From positions 62,001-126,000 of the forward strand of contig CBFFRP010000280.1 of the NCBI GenBank assembly GCA_965644295.1: a stretch of DNA of 64,000 nt, in the 5' to 3' direction. A program made the position numbers and the translations under genes. The stretch's first letter is position 1. Every line of letters starts with the position of its first letter. The DNA is from Paraphysomonas bandaiensis. Its lineage: Eukaryota > Protista > Chrysophyceae. Below are positions 36,791 through 48,900 of the stretch, piece by piece. The notes below the pieces were generated by a model, which was not told the DNA's origin, ran no database searches, and worked only from the letters and a program-made list of their open reading frames with translations.

Positions 36791-37435
36791 CTAAGAGGTA
36801 AAATGACCTTCATGGTGCACGTCGATGGTTGCATCCTTGTCTGTCACCGCCATCAGCTTGTTCTTCATGCGTGTTGCTTGCACTTCCGTTGCATAGGGGC
36901 CGAATACAGTGTGCTTGTCGTTCAGAGTTACCACTGTTATCCACCCATCGAGCTTCCGAGAAAAGTCTCCATTAGCGTCCTCTATCCAGTTTTCATATGG
37001 AACAGGTGTCGATTCCCAGCCAGTATGTGTCGAAAAATCACTGTGAATCTCATCATGAAAATCATCCTTTGGTGGAGAATACACCTGATGATGACCTCTC
37101 CTCTGTCTATATTGAGAGGGTCTGCTAATATCTCGCACAGATATCTCGATCTGATTGTCATCTAAATCAGGATACGGATCCACATCCACTGAATAGAAAG
37201 GAGGTCCCTCATCATGCCATTTTTTCTTTAATATATTATCATTTGTCATAAAATAATCACTATAGTCTGTGTCTCTAATAGTGACGGCTTTATGTATAGC
37301 CTCCTCTTTCAAGGCATACGGACCGTACTCGTGGATTACAGGGATGTCTTGGTCCGGTACTCGAATAGATAGACGTACAATCCAATGATTATTAGGTGAT
37401 GTATGATGAGGGGGAATGGAAGTATTGGAATCCAT
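36791..37435 (-). CDS. Hypothetical intronless protein (214 aa) with an internal duplicated W...GPY....A motif
   Basis: ATG-initiated ORF preceded by the same low-complexity upstream texture as real genes; WIVRL...EYGPYALKEEA and WITVV...VFGPYATEVQA. Confidence 0.6.
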   Translation of the reverse strand: MDSNTSIPPHHTSPNNHWIVRLSIRVPDQDIPVIHEYGPYALKEEAIHKAVTIRDTDYSDYFMTNDNILKKKWHDEGPPFYSVDVDPYPDLDDNQIEISVRDISRPSQYRQRRGHHQVYSPPKDDFHDEIHSDFSTHTGWESTPVPYENWIEDANGDFSRKLDGWITVVTLNDKHTVFGPYATEVQATRMKNKLMAVTDKDATIDVHHEGHFTS

Positions 37436-38737
37436 GTTTATTGTGGTGTGGAGTAGAGTAGAGTAGAGTAGAGTGGGTTTGTATGTCTCGTCTAAGAGTG
37501 CGTGTGTTAACTATACAGGGATATAGAGAGAGATGCTGTACTTGTGATTCGAAGATATCATGTACGTATACTGGGGCACTGCTGCTATGTACTGCTCTAT
37601 ATGCTGTTGTACTGCTGGATACACTGCTATACTGTGTACTGCAGTACATTTGGTGTAGTACGTATATACTGTAACACTGAGTACATCGCTCGAACATAGC
37701 ATGCACAAGAGTACGTATACATACAGGCAGCAGTACATATGAGAGTATCATTCCAACGATGACGGTTGAACAGATAGACATCAATCACTCCTTGATAGTA
37801 ATTCATAGCAGAAGCATGCCTCATCCACTTATTTCTCTCACTCATAGCACTAGATAAGAGACAGAATATTAAGGTGGACCATAATATGAGCTCATCATGA
37901 CATACACGGTGACGCCCTATGAGGATCTGAAGGCCCGTATCTCCTGTGAGAATACAAGAAAATAACCTAAAGAAGCTGAAGAACTATACTAAAGCATATG
38001 AATTCCTCAGACTATTTCCGGTCTAACCCACACTCAACTGATTCACAAGAGCACTCCTAGACCAACAACTGGAGGCTAACTTCCAGGACAATACACCCCA
38101 GTTAGAATAGGCCGATACTTTCATGGACTTTGTTGGTCGGAATATTATTGCTTTCTACATGATATTCTATAAACGAACAGATAGTGTAGCGTTTCAGACC
38201 TTTGATACTGACGTGGCATTTACAGTGGTTAGTGTAACACCTAGCTTTCTGTCGTAAATGCATAGAGCACTGGAAAAGTGTTTCTTGAATCCGACATTTT
38301 TCTAGAAAAATAAACTTTGACTTGTTGTCAGTGCCTAGATATATTAGTGGCATTATTTTGCTATCTTCTCTGTCAGACAGAAGATGATATCTATCTTACT
38401 AGAACACTAATTTTTACTTAATTTTAATACTTTCTGCTACGCATTGCATTATATTACAATTAAGTTTACCGTGTCCACATGAAATAAATCGTGTGAATTA
38501 AGATAAAATTAATAATAGAATTTGTTAGAATTATATGATGACTGGTACTACTCTTAGACTAAAACAGTAGCATAACTTGAATGGTGGAAAGCGGTGAATA
38601 GCTTATCAACAATATTACACTAAGTCAAAGTAAGAATACATTATAGTATATCTGATAAAATAACACAAAACTCGTATATAACTGCAAACCACCATTTCAG
38701 TGATAAAAAACTACGTGACAACAATGAAAAGCTGCCG

Positions 38738-41700
38738 CTATAACAACGGCAGATACGAAAACGACTGCTCAGATGCCAGACCCCACGTCGCGTTCCAATA
38801 TCCTGCTGCTGTAACTGACCCAAAACCACGAAACCAGATGGAACTGCTGAATACTATATAGTCGGGGATGTAATTAGCGAAAGGTGAACGGACCTGAAGA
38901 AGTAGTGTCAGAAGATAATTTGATATTCGCTTTATGTAAGTCACTTACCATTGGAGGAACCACTGGCCATGCTAGTCTGCTTAAATGTAGATACCCATCT
39001 GGTGAATTAGCGTGCAAGCACACTGCTATGTACTCGCCATAATTAGCTGCTGCTATTGGCGCACTGTATACAACTCCGTCTCCGACACCAGCGTACACCA
39101 AATCGCCAACGTAAAACCGAGTATCACCTGCCATAGTCGTGACCCGGACAGGTACTGCACAGCTACTTTCGTCCGAACATACGAGAGCCTTGTATGCTGC
39201 GTTACCATGAACTCCGACAAACATTACACCACATTTTGGACTTCCACTCGATGAACTGTTAATTATACCCAAAAACTGATTGTCACTGTATACATGCACT
39301 GTGGTATGATGGGCCGCAAGGTGGGAGTTGGCGATAAAAGTAGATAGTTCTCGAAGACGGCTGGTGTCCGTAGAAGTTCTAGTACCATTATAGTGGGCAG
39401 CATCGTTAGATGTGGCATATACAACGCACAGCGAATGCGCGTGGATATGACGAACAGGTCCGGTTACAGAAATAGTTTTCTCTAGAAGTGGGTTAGTTTC
39501 TCCTGAACACACTGATACATAGTTGGTTTCTCTACCTCCGGTCCAACACAGTTCCACATGTCTCAACCCAAAGAGATTTATATCCTGTGTCTGAAAGTCT
39601 GATAGACGCACAGATACACTGGTTGCCTGGTGCAATAGAGTACACCGATCTAGACTGAGAGATGCCCTCCTGACATTTCCGTTGGTATACAAGATGCAAG
39701 ATTTATTTTTCCCTGGAGTTCCGCTACAACTTGCCGTGACAACAGACAGTCTCATTGAAATAAACTGTTGCATCACTCTCACACCACAAAGACCGAGCTG
39801 TGATGATGGGTTGATGACCTCTAACTGCATTGGCCGAGTCATGGAGAACGCGCCACATGAGTCACAGCTATGAAGGGTCTCTGCATCGTTTTCACCTCTC
39901 GCTGTCCCCTTCATTCTACAGCGGGAATAGAAGTCACGCATAATATGGTCATTCAACACCCCTCCGTCGTTACTGCTTCTCGTGTCCCACCACCAATGCT
40001 CTTTATCAAGCACTTCTTCATATGTTACTTCTACCCCTTTCTCGTGCAAAATTCTCAGCATTCTTCGACTAAACCACGGATGAGTTACCATATCACGGGC
40101 CCCCACCCTAATATGCACTGCCATGTGTCTCAGATTACTTACTAATCGGTCAACATGATACTCTGACATAGACGCTTCAAGTACTCCTTTAAGAGAGGGG
40201 TCAACAGAACTTGCAGAAACGTCAAGTCCGAAAAAATCGTTAGATGCGCCGTATTCTTCTTTACGAACCCATCCGGAAGTAACGGACAGACATGCCGCAA
40301 AATCTGGCATATTAACAGCAAGTAGCCACGCCCCATGCCCTCCTATGGAACTGTATTATTCTACGAACGTTGCATATGCGCACATAAATACACGCAGGTC
40401 ATATTATCGTTCATTTAATCTCATTTACGCGAACTTACCCATTGAATGTCCAGCAATGATGCCATCGACTAGCCGCAACTGAGGAAGTGCCGAATGCTCT
40501 CGAAAATACCTGGCTATCTGCTCCAGAGCTGTAATGGCAGAGCGTCCTCCTACATCCTCCCAGTTATGCGCACCTGTCCTGCTCGGGGCTAGTACCCAGT
40601 ATCCATCAACTCCAAATATGTAGTCCTGTGATCCAGCAGGAGCATACTTGTAAGCATCCGCCATGCTCAACGGGGAAATACCTGTGCCATGTAGAGAAAG
40701 AATTACAGAGTACATTCCACCACCATTCACAGCAGCGCCAGGAGGGAGTATAACTCCAGCCTCGCTCACCGATCCATCCTGATCTATATATGATAGCAAA
40801 AATGACTGGGTATAATCCCTACAAGAGAAATCCAGAGGTACCCTCACCCGTTGTGAATTTCCATCAGAGATAGATGCAGTTACAACTAAATTGAACTCAA
40901 CACCACGGCTGCAATGTATGTGAAACCCTCTCCACATATCTACGTAATTTCTATACAGAGCTAGAGGTACAGCCACGACCGCACCTTGTTCCAGTATACA
41001 TCTATTATCACGTTGTACACCTGTGTACGAAGCATTGTCAAACACTGTGACTTCATAATCTGTATCCCCAGATGAGGCAGGCAACGACAAAGTCTCAAGA
41101 GTAAACACCACCTCCACCAGCCCACTATGTGTGTTTTGAATGACAACATCAAAGAAAGGAGATAGCACTATACCACGGCTTCGTGAGCTCGGTAAGTTGA
41201 GGGCATGGGAAAGGTGACTAGCAGGTTGTACCTGTATGAGAGTCGACAGTATATCCAATTGACAGGAAAACTGAGCCACACCCGCACCTCGAAGAGGTAG
41301 AGCAATTCCTACCGGACCTGCTGTCAAGCTAACAGTTGCCCGGACTTTGCCGGACCGATACACGTCTCCAGTCAATATCGAGGTGTGACCATTATTTCGT
41401 AAGTATACAGTGTGCACACCAGGACAGTGTACGAAATAAAAGGAAGATATAGATACATACGTCCACACTCTCGCCCAGCCCTGAAACTCAACTGCAGCAA
41501 AGGAGGAGGTTCCGTGGATTAGTTCGTTCCAATTGACGTGAGAATAACGTAAATCAACCATATGGGAAGTTTTAGAGATTTTGAAAGGAGTCCATGTTAC
41601 TTCACCACCTGGAACCAACTCAGAAAACACACGAGCTGTTGGACTCATACTTAGTATATGAACAGCAGGGTCATGTCCGTACATGGCCGACTCCTCCGAG

Positions 41701-42167
41701 GAGCAAAACTGCGACCCGATATCACTGGAGGAGGTCATATTAACAAAAACAGGATCACCATCAACCTCCAGTTTTCCCACTGGTAAAGGTCCGATAACAT
41801 CCCATGTTTTTATTATCAATGGAAGAGTTTGTGGTTTGATTGTATAGAGATCTGTGCTATTAGGATGAACTCTTATAAGAGGAGACGGGCCAGATATAAG
41901 GGACCATATGAGGGCCCTTAGAAGAGATTTCCGTTTATATTTTTGATTTCTGAGTGCTTGACAGGCACATGCATATGCATTATATGTATTCTGATGCCAG
42001 TATGAATGTATAGCAGTGAGTTCATAGTGATCTGCGTGTGTTGGTGTACATACAGGGCACTCACCATATAATACATGAGATACATCGATTGGATTGTTTG
42101 ATGAGATGATTTTACTGTTGAGGGCTATGACAAGTGTCCATATGATGAGAATATGGGGGAGATGCAT
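38738..42167 (-). CDS. Secreted large alpha/beta-hydrolase (S9 peptidase/esterase-like), 3 exons
   Basis: Signal peptide; WDVIGPLPVGKLEVDGDP; SYIDQDGSVSEA, ILSLHGTG, RTGAHNWED; nucleophile elbow GHSMG|GHGAW across an intron; KEHWWWDT; ends ANYIPDY..AAGYWNATW. Confidence 0.8.
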
Positions 42168-43011
42168 GGTGGAGTGGTGTTCGGATATCTAGATATGATT
42201 CATGTATGGATATGCATGTATGTATGTATGCATGTGTGTAGCTAGAGATGAGACTAGGAATTCCATATCTCCTGTATCATATATACTGCCGTATATCCAG
42301 TATACTGTGCTGTATACTGTGTACATATGTATATAGATGTATATGAATGCCTACAATCCACCATACCACCCACAACTTCAAAGTACGCATAGTACTGCAA
42401 CGTCTAGACGTATATACTGTAGTGCATACAGTTGTGCTGAGGGGTCCAAACATGGACGATACTTAAGGGTGCTGATGTGCAAGAGTATGTGACATTAAGA
42501 GTACTAAGAAATGTCACTTTGGGTAAACTATACAGTATATACATCTTGTGTATCAGTACCTTACAGCAGAAGTTATCTCGGTGTAAGAGCGGTACTTATT
42601 ACATGCCACATACAGCAGAGTGGCTTCTATGTAAGCGTTCTGGATTGAGAGTAATGCTCTTAGGGTATAATGCGCAGGTAACCAATACTGGCCAACGGTG
42701 GTGCCCCAGTAGCTATACTTCTAGCTTCTAGCGACTCGCCAGGTAACTTGGATAAACAAGATTAGATGTAGCCTTAAAATATCGAATACGCTTGGGCTCT
42801 ACCGGACTTATGTCCGCAGATACCGACTCATACATACTAAGGACAAGCAGATTTCGTATCGTTAAATAGAAGGATAGTAGAGTTTGCACTAGTTAGTTTA
42901 TGGTAGATGCTTATCTAGCTTGACTAGGCTCCATTTAGTTAACAAGCTGGTTATTATAAATGAATAAGTAGTTATTAATAAATAAAGGCTACTCGTGATT
43001 AACAGTCATTA

Positions 43012-43791
43012 CTACAATTTATTCCAAGTAGGAGTCAAGTTATCAACTGCTCGTGAGTAAGGATAGCCTTCAACACGAACTTTCTTGCGAAGGAAGTCAT
43101 CATTTGTGGTCACATTATCCTTTACTGGATGCCGTCTTATTTTCTTAGTCGGCGGACCACTATTGATAGCCGCTTCGTACTCCTTATTCTTCAGCTCATT
43201 GCGTATATGTAATATATTAGTCACGGCCTTGTCTGCGAAATCGCGGATAGTACGTGTCCACTTATCATATTCTTCAACATTACTTTTGTTAGGTTTCTCC
43301 GGGATTACTATATCTGGTCCAATGAAATGTAGCATTGCATTTACCATTCTTCTGTACATGTTGAATATTTTCTTCTCGTTGTCAGAAAAAGTTGCAGTGT
43401 GTAAGTCCTTCAAATCTGATACATACCAATGGAAAAACACTGAAGCTGAGGATATACCGCTACAGGAATTCAACATCTGTAAACACTGCCCTGGAATAGG
43501 AGTTATTGGCACTTGTTTCATACTTGGTGGATTCCAAGGCGACACAATATGACTTCTTGCTGGAGTAGTAGTGTTTGATGTTTCATCTTGCACAGGGCGT
43601 TTGTGTAGTTCACTTAGTAATAACTCAATGCGGTCAAGTTGATTCTGCATACGATCGAGTCGAATTTCTATACGGTTGGATTGGTCGGACTGAACTTGTT
43701 TAAGTTCAGCAATATCTGAGCTTAGAGCTGTAACAGCATTTCGTGTGTCGGACATGAGTTGATCCAGAGTTGTTACATCTACGATCTCCAT
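43012..43791 (-). CDS. Hypothetical protein with N-terminal coiled coil and a helical C-terminal domain (possibly transposon-derived)
   Basis: ATG at 43791 (MEIVDV) after an apparent 5'UTR GT-AG intron; heptads LSSDIAELKQ..LDRMQNQLDRIELLL; basic PPTKKIRR (NLS-like). Confidence 0.6.
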   Translation of the reverse strand: MEIVDVTTLDQLMSDTRNAVTALSSDIAELKQVQSDQSNRIEIRLDRMQNQLDRIELLLSELHKRPVQDETSNTTTPARSHIVSPWNPPSMKQVPITPIPGQCLQMLNSCSGISSASVFFHWYVSDLKDLHTATFSDNEKKIFNMYRRMVNAMLHFIGPDIVIPEKPNKSNVEEYDKWTRTIRDFADKAVTNILHIRNELKNKEYEAAINSGPPTKKIRRHPVKDNVTTNDDFLRKKVRVEGYPYSRAVDNLTPTWNKL

Positions 43792-44231
43792 TTCACTATA
43801 TATATATTTACAGAACAAACATTAGTAAGGAATCAGACCGACAGGAGGAGGTTATGGTGTGCTATGAGATGCTTTTCTTAAGGGCGGGTTATTGTGTGCT
43901 GTGTTATCATATGTATGGTATGCTATGGGAAATCCTGTAGATAGGTACAACCCTTACAACCCTTACAACCCACTCAGAAATAGCATACCCCTAATTGCAC
44001 TTAGCATCATCATCAGCAGTTAGCAGTTAGCAGTGCTTCTACTATATAGACTATAGTATATATATACACGGAGGGAGTGTGCACAGGTACACATACACAA
44101 CAGTACAGCAGTACACCCTCTGCATATACTGTATATGCATGCATGTCTGTATCTAGTCACAGAGGTGCTAGTAATGAAACCATTTCCACCATGACATGTC
44201 GCTATAGTATCATCATTATAACGCTATCTCA

Positions 44232-44516
44232 ATGGTAAGCAGCAGTAGCATTGACGGAGAGATAGACTACAGCAGTATATTGCCAGTAGCAACAGGAGTG
44301 GCCGCTGTGTTGCTGCTGCTCATACTAACCCTCGTATTAGAATTCATCGGCGAGTCTCAGTTCACTTACCCTACCACACAACGTGATATGCAAAGTATGA
44401 TACTAGAGTGTGCATGCTGTCAGGTATGATAGTTGGGCTGCATAGCCTCGTCACATGCTGACTGCTCTGTGCAGATATGGCCAATCAAATATTTAAAGTT
44501 TTTGCGACGGCATTAA
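44232..44516 (+). CDS. Putative 77-aa single-pass membrane microprotein (2 exons: 44232-44423, 44475-44516)
   Basis: Hydrophobic ILPVATGVAAVLLLLILTLVL; phase-0 intron CAG|GTATGA...TGTGCAG|ATA gives tail ECACCQ-IWPIKYLKFLRRH*. Confidence 0.5.
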
Positions 44517-45947
44517 CGGTCCGACTCATTCTCACTGTATATATTCGTATATTGTCGTGTTTGGTTACTACACCTGATATTGTCGTTGCTATCAGGTTAT
44601 GTGGTGTCACTGCTAAGATTATGTTAAGTAAGAGATTACTGCAACTGTACTATCGAAAACACCCTTACATTACTTCAAAATAATTATATCGTAGTTAGCA
44701 TTATTTCTATTACAAATTTGCTACTATGACTCAAATGCTCAACGAAAGCTGAACTTTGAACATTATCAACTTCATCATGAATCATGAATGTCTTATTATT
44801 AGCAATAGGTGTGTAAGAGTCAACTTAACTACCTAGTGCTTAACTCTGAATTTTAGCGCTACGAAAGCTGTTTGTGCGTCACTGCAAGTACCAAACCACT
44901 TTTACTCAAAGCAAACGCAGTGAGCAAGCAAACACATTTTGACTTCAAGAACTTTGAGTTCTTAAATAAGTGTGAGAGCTGCCCACGGGCGTGTAGTCCT
45001 TCATACCAAGTGGTGCGGTTAATCAGGGGGGCGCCCTTTGAGGTAGGGGTCCGCGAAGCTTGAGGAAGGGTCAGAGAGTTATGTAGATGGGAGAATAGTG
45101 TTCCTACGGAGAGTGAGATGGTATGAGGTAGAGGCGTAGAATTTGTAACTCTGACTACTGACTGCAGTGTATTAGTTTGACGGAAATAGAGTGTATAAGT
45201 TGTCATTCCTAGGAGTCGGAGGACTGGCGATTGTCTACGTGTTCCGGGAGGAAACAGCGTAGTGTTGACTGCGATCTTTGAAGTATCAACATTCGACATA
45301 CTAGGATGGCTAAAGTTAAATAACGGAACGTTGAACTCACACAGTTCAATTATTATTAACGGATCAATTATTAGACTTATGAACAGCATTTCATATTATT
45401 CATTGATATAATGGCTATAATTATGTTCTTTTAGCTACCAATACTATTTCAGTTTCACTACTATTACTATTAATTCCTATCATCTCAATAGGTCATGTAG
45501 TGCTGTTAATCACTACTTTTTTCTCTATGTAACGCTAATAATCCAAATACAGCATTTAATCTCTCACAAACGGCACAACTCAATGTCTTGTATAATCACA
45601 GATCACACATCAGTAACTGAATCTATTTTCCTTTAACTATAATCACCCGTCACATCTATGACCTATGGGTTGATATCAAATATATTGCACACTACAATCC
45701 CTACAATTGCATAATATATATCGCATCGTACTGCAGAGCTCAATAGCCGACTTCCTCTCTAAAACAATTATAAAACTCTATAAACAATTCGGAGTGAGGA
45801 TATAGCTATTACGATTACGGGAGAGATTGTTGCCGACAACTAGAATACATTATCATTATTACACACACACAATACAACACTACAAACACTGCCTAAGTAC
45901 AAGTAAAAATGTTCCCATATAAATTGTCTATCAATGAACACAACGCA

Positions 45948-48900
45948 CTATTCGGGAGAAAGGCCATCGTATGGAGTTAAGCCATACTTGTTCTCAATAG
46001 TATCATCAGCACCATTCTCAAACATCCACTGTGACAGGTCGAAGAATTGGTAAGCTATGCAAAAGTGTGCCGCTGTTTGTCCTTGTAGGTTCTGGTGGTT
46101 CGGGTTGGCACCTTTAGCCATTAAATACTTGGTCACCTTCACATTACCATTTTGGCAGGCAAGGATGAGCATGGTATTGCCATGTTCGTCAGCTTTGTTA
46201 ATGTGGAATGGAAGCTTTTCATAGCCATCAACGTATGCAGTACCGAAGTCTTCAATGTACCCAACCTACAAAAAAAATAAGCTTACAGACACTATACATA
46301 TACGACACGTACCCTGACAAGACTTGGGTCGAAGTCCTTGTTGGGAAGGTAATCCAGCGCCTCTTTGAGCAAATTATATTTAGAGTGGCGTACCAGAGAG
46401 AAGAGCTCCTCCAACGATATCTTCGGTCCGTCAATCATACGCCTATCCTTGCCTCCCGTATCCCCACTATCACTACTTGGTTCCGCAGCTGCTGCAACAG
46501 ACTCACCAAGCTGAGACATATCGGGGAAAAATGGCTCCTCCTCGTCTGGGGCGACAGTCTGCAAATAATGAATCAATACAATTCCTAATAAAATACAACA
46601 AAGTCTACACACAGATATATATAATGCATATCTCACCTGTGGTTGATCTGTTCCCATCTCTCTGAGCATGTGACCGACCCTTGCGTCTCGCTGTGCTTCG
46701 GCTATCTTTAAGCGATGCACGCAGTTAAGAATCTTCTTTCGATGCAATCGGTGCTCCACGCCCAGAGTGTTCTTGAGATCATCATCGTTAAGATCATAGA
46801 GGAACTCTCCATCCACCGCAGCATCAATGAACGCCTCCGAGTACTGTCCAAGGGTCAGTGTCTGTAGCCACCTTGCTACATCCTCGACGCTCCACGAGGA
46901 TACATGCAAGGACTCCTGCCCAGGGAGTTGACCCTGTTTGAGAGAGGGTAAAAACTGAGACCCGCTACCGCCTGCAGGAGGTGCGGCAGAGCCAGATCCA
47001 CCAGCAGTTGCCCCACCAGCTCCTGGGATTGCATTGGCTGCTTTTTGTGCATGGGAATCCGCTAGTGCCGCCATTACCGTGTCCTGCGCCGACACAGTGC
47101 GCATCGCCTTGACCATATTGATAGAACTGAAATAGGTCATGCTCATTGACATGAAGCCGAACTTCATAAGTGTCTCTGTGCTCTGCATCAGCTGAGCAAC
47201 TTGCTGCTTTTCCTTCATAGTTGGTCCTGAAAATCCTCCTCCGCCAGGTACCATTGCTGTACTCTCTCCACCGGCAACACCAGTAGTAGATCCGTCAGTG
47301 ATCTGTAACGGGGCCGATCCAGATGATGCTTTCATCAGCTGGTCATGAGACGCTGCCAATAGGGCCCCGCGGACATCCTGTTTCCTCTTGATAGCTCGCA
47401 GTTCGTTCTGTTGCTCCTCCAGTAATACTACAAGCTTTCGCTCTAGCGTTCTCAATTCCTCTTCTTTCATCTGTCGGGCTTTATCGATGGAGCTCAGCTT
47501 TACCTCTAGGTCTGAAAGCATATCTTTTCGATTGCCTATCTTGCTGAGCATATCGCCAAACTCTCTGTCCAGGCGCATCTTCTGCTCCCTGAGCTCGTAC
47601 TTACTCTCCTCGTCCATATACGACGCCGCCTCTACCTCTACCTTTGAAAGTTGATGCATTTCCTTTTCTAGTATCCTAACTCCTTCTTCGAAACTGGTGA
47701 TCTCTTCCAGCAACGCCTCTACTTGCTCTTCTGCCCCTACTTTTTCCTGAGTCAGCAGAGTCACATCACTCTGCAGTCGGGTAGCATGAAGCTTGTGCTC
47801 GAGCAGCATCTGTCGACCAAATTCGATGCCCTGTGACTGACTCTTACTGAATATGTACTTGTCTCTCTCTGCCGTAGCCTTCCTTCTACCCAGATGGCCT
47901 CGAAACACACGCTGAATGGCTGTGGCGGCATTGCGGCGCTCTCTCCTCTTCCAAGCATCACGTCGCGCCTGATTGCGTCGGAATATCGATTGAATTCGAC
48001 ATACAGCAAGGTATCGTTGGTGGTGCATCTCCTTGACAAACTCACGAGCCACATAACCTCTCCAGTGCCGCTGGATAGTCGCGGCAGCCGCAATCTGGAG
48101 ACGCATATTGTAAAACCACCTTCTACCCAAATATCCCCTCCAAGCGCGCTGGATCATAAGAGTTCCCCATATGCGCCTCGCCTGGTTGAGAAAACTGCAT
48201 CTACCCAGCCACCCTCGGAAACATCTCTGAATAGTCATTGCCGCCTTGCGCCGCCGGATCCCACGTACAAACTGTCGTGCAATATGGGCTCTAAAAGCAC
48301 CTTGAATGACCCTGGCAGCTCCTTGTAAACGTTGTAGCCTCTTCTTGTTCCGTTTAAGCCGCCAGCCCATATACTCTTTTACTTCCGGGTAGTCGGTTAC
48401 CTTTGTCTTAAAGCTGTCCGTGTCGCCCTTGGCCTTCCGTGTCTGACTTTCTTGCTTCTCGAAGTATGAACTAGAGGCATCAAAAGTTACAAAGTTTGTT
48501 TCTGAGGAGTCCAATCCCGCCTTCTTCTTTCCAGTCTTCTTCTTTCCGAGCACTTGTCCCTCTGCAAGATTCACTGCGTAATCTTCCCAGGTCGCATGGG
48601 GATCTTCGGAGGTTGAGTTGGCTGGGAACCTTCGCAGTCTACTAGCAGTGGACGATGCGGTGCTACTCTGGTGCTCAACAGTGCTTACTGTCTTCAAATT
48701 GTCAAGCACTGTATCTATAAATTTATCTTCCACAGACATCTTGTTCAATAACTTCTCCTCCTCACCAGCCTTATTCGATATCAAAACACCACTACTTTCA
48801 CTTTTATCTACTAAAGGAGCGGGAGGGAACGAGATGTCATGCGTCTCGTGGAATCCTGTAAGAATTTGCTCCAAAAGAGTCTGGGTCTGTTTTCGGCACT

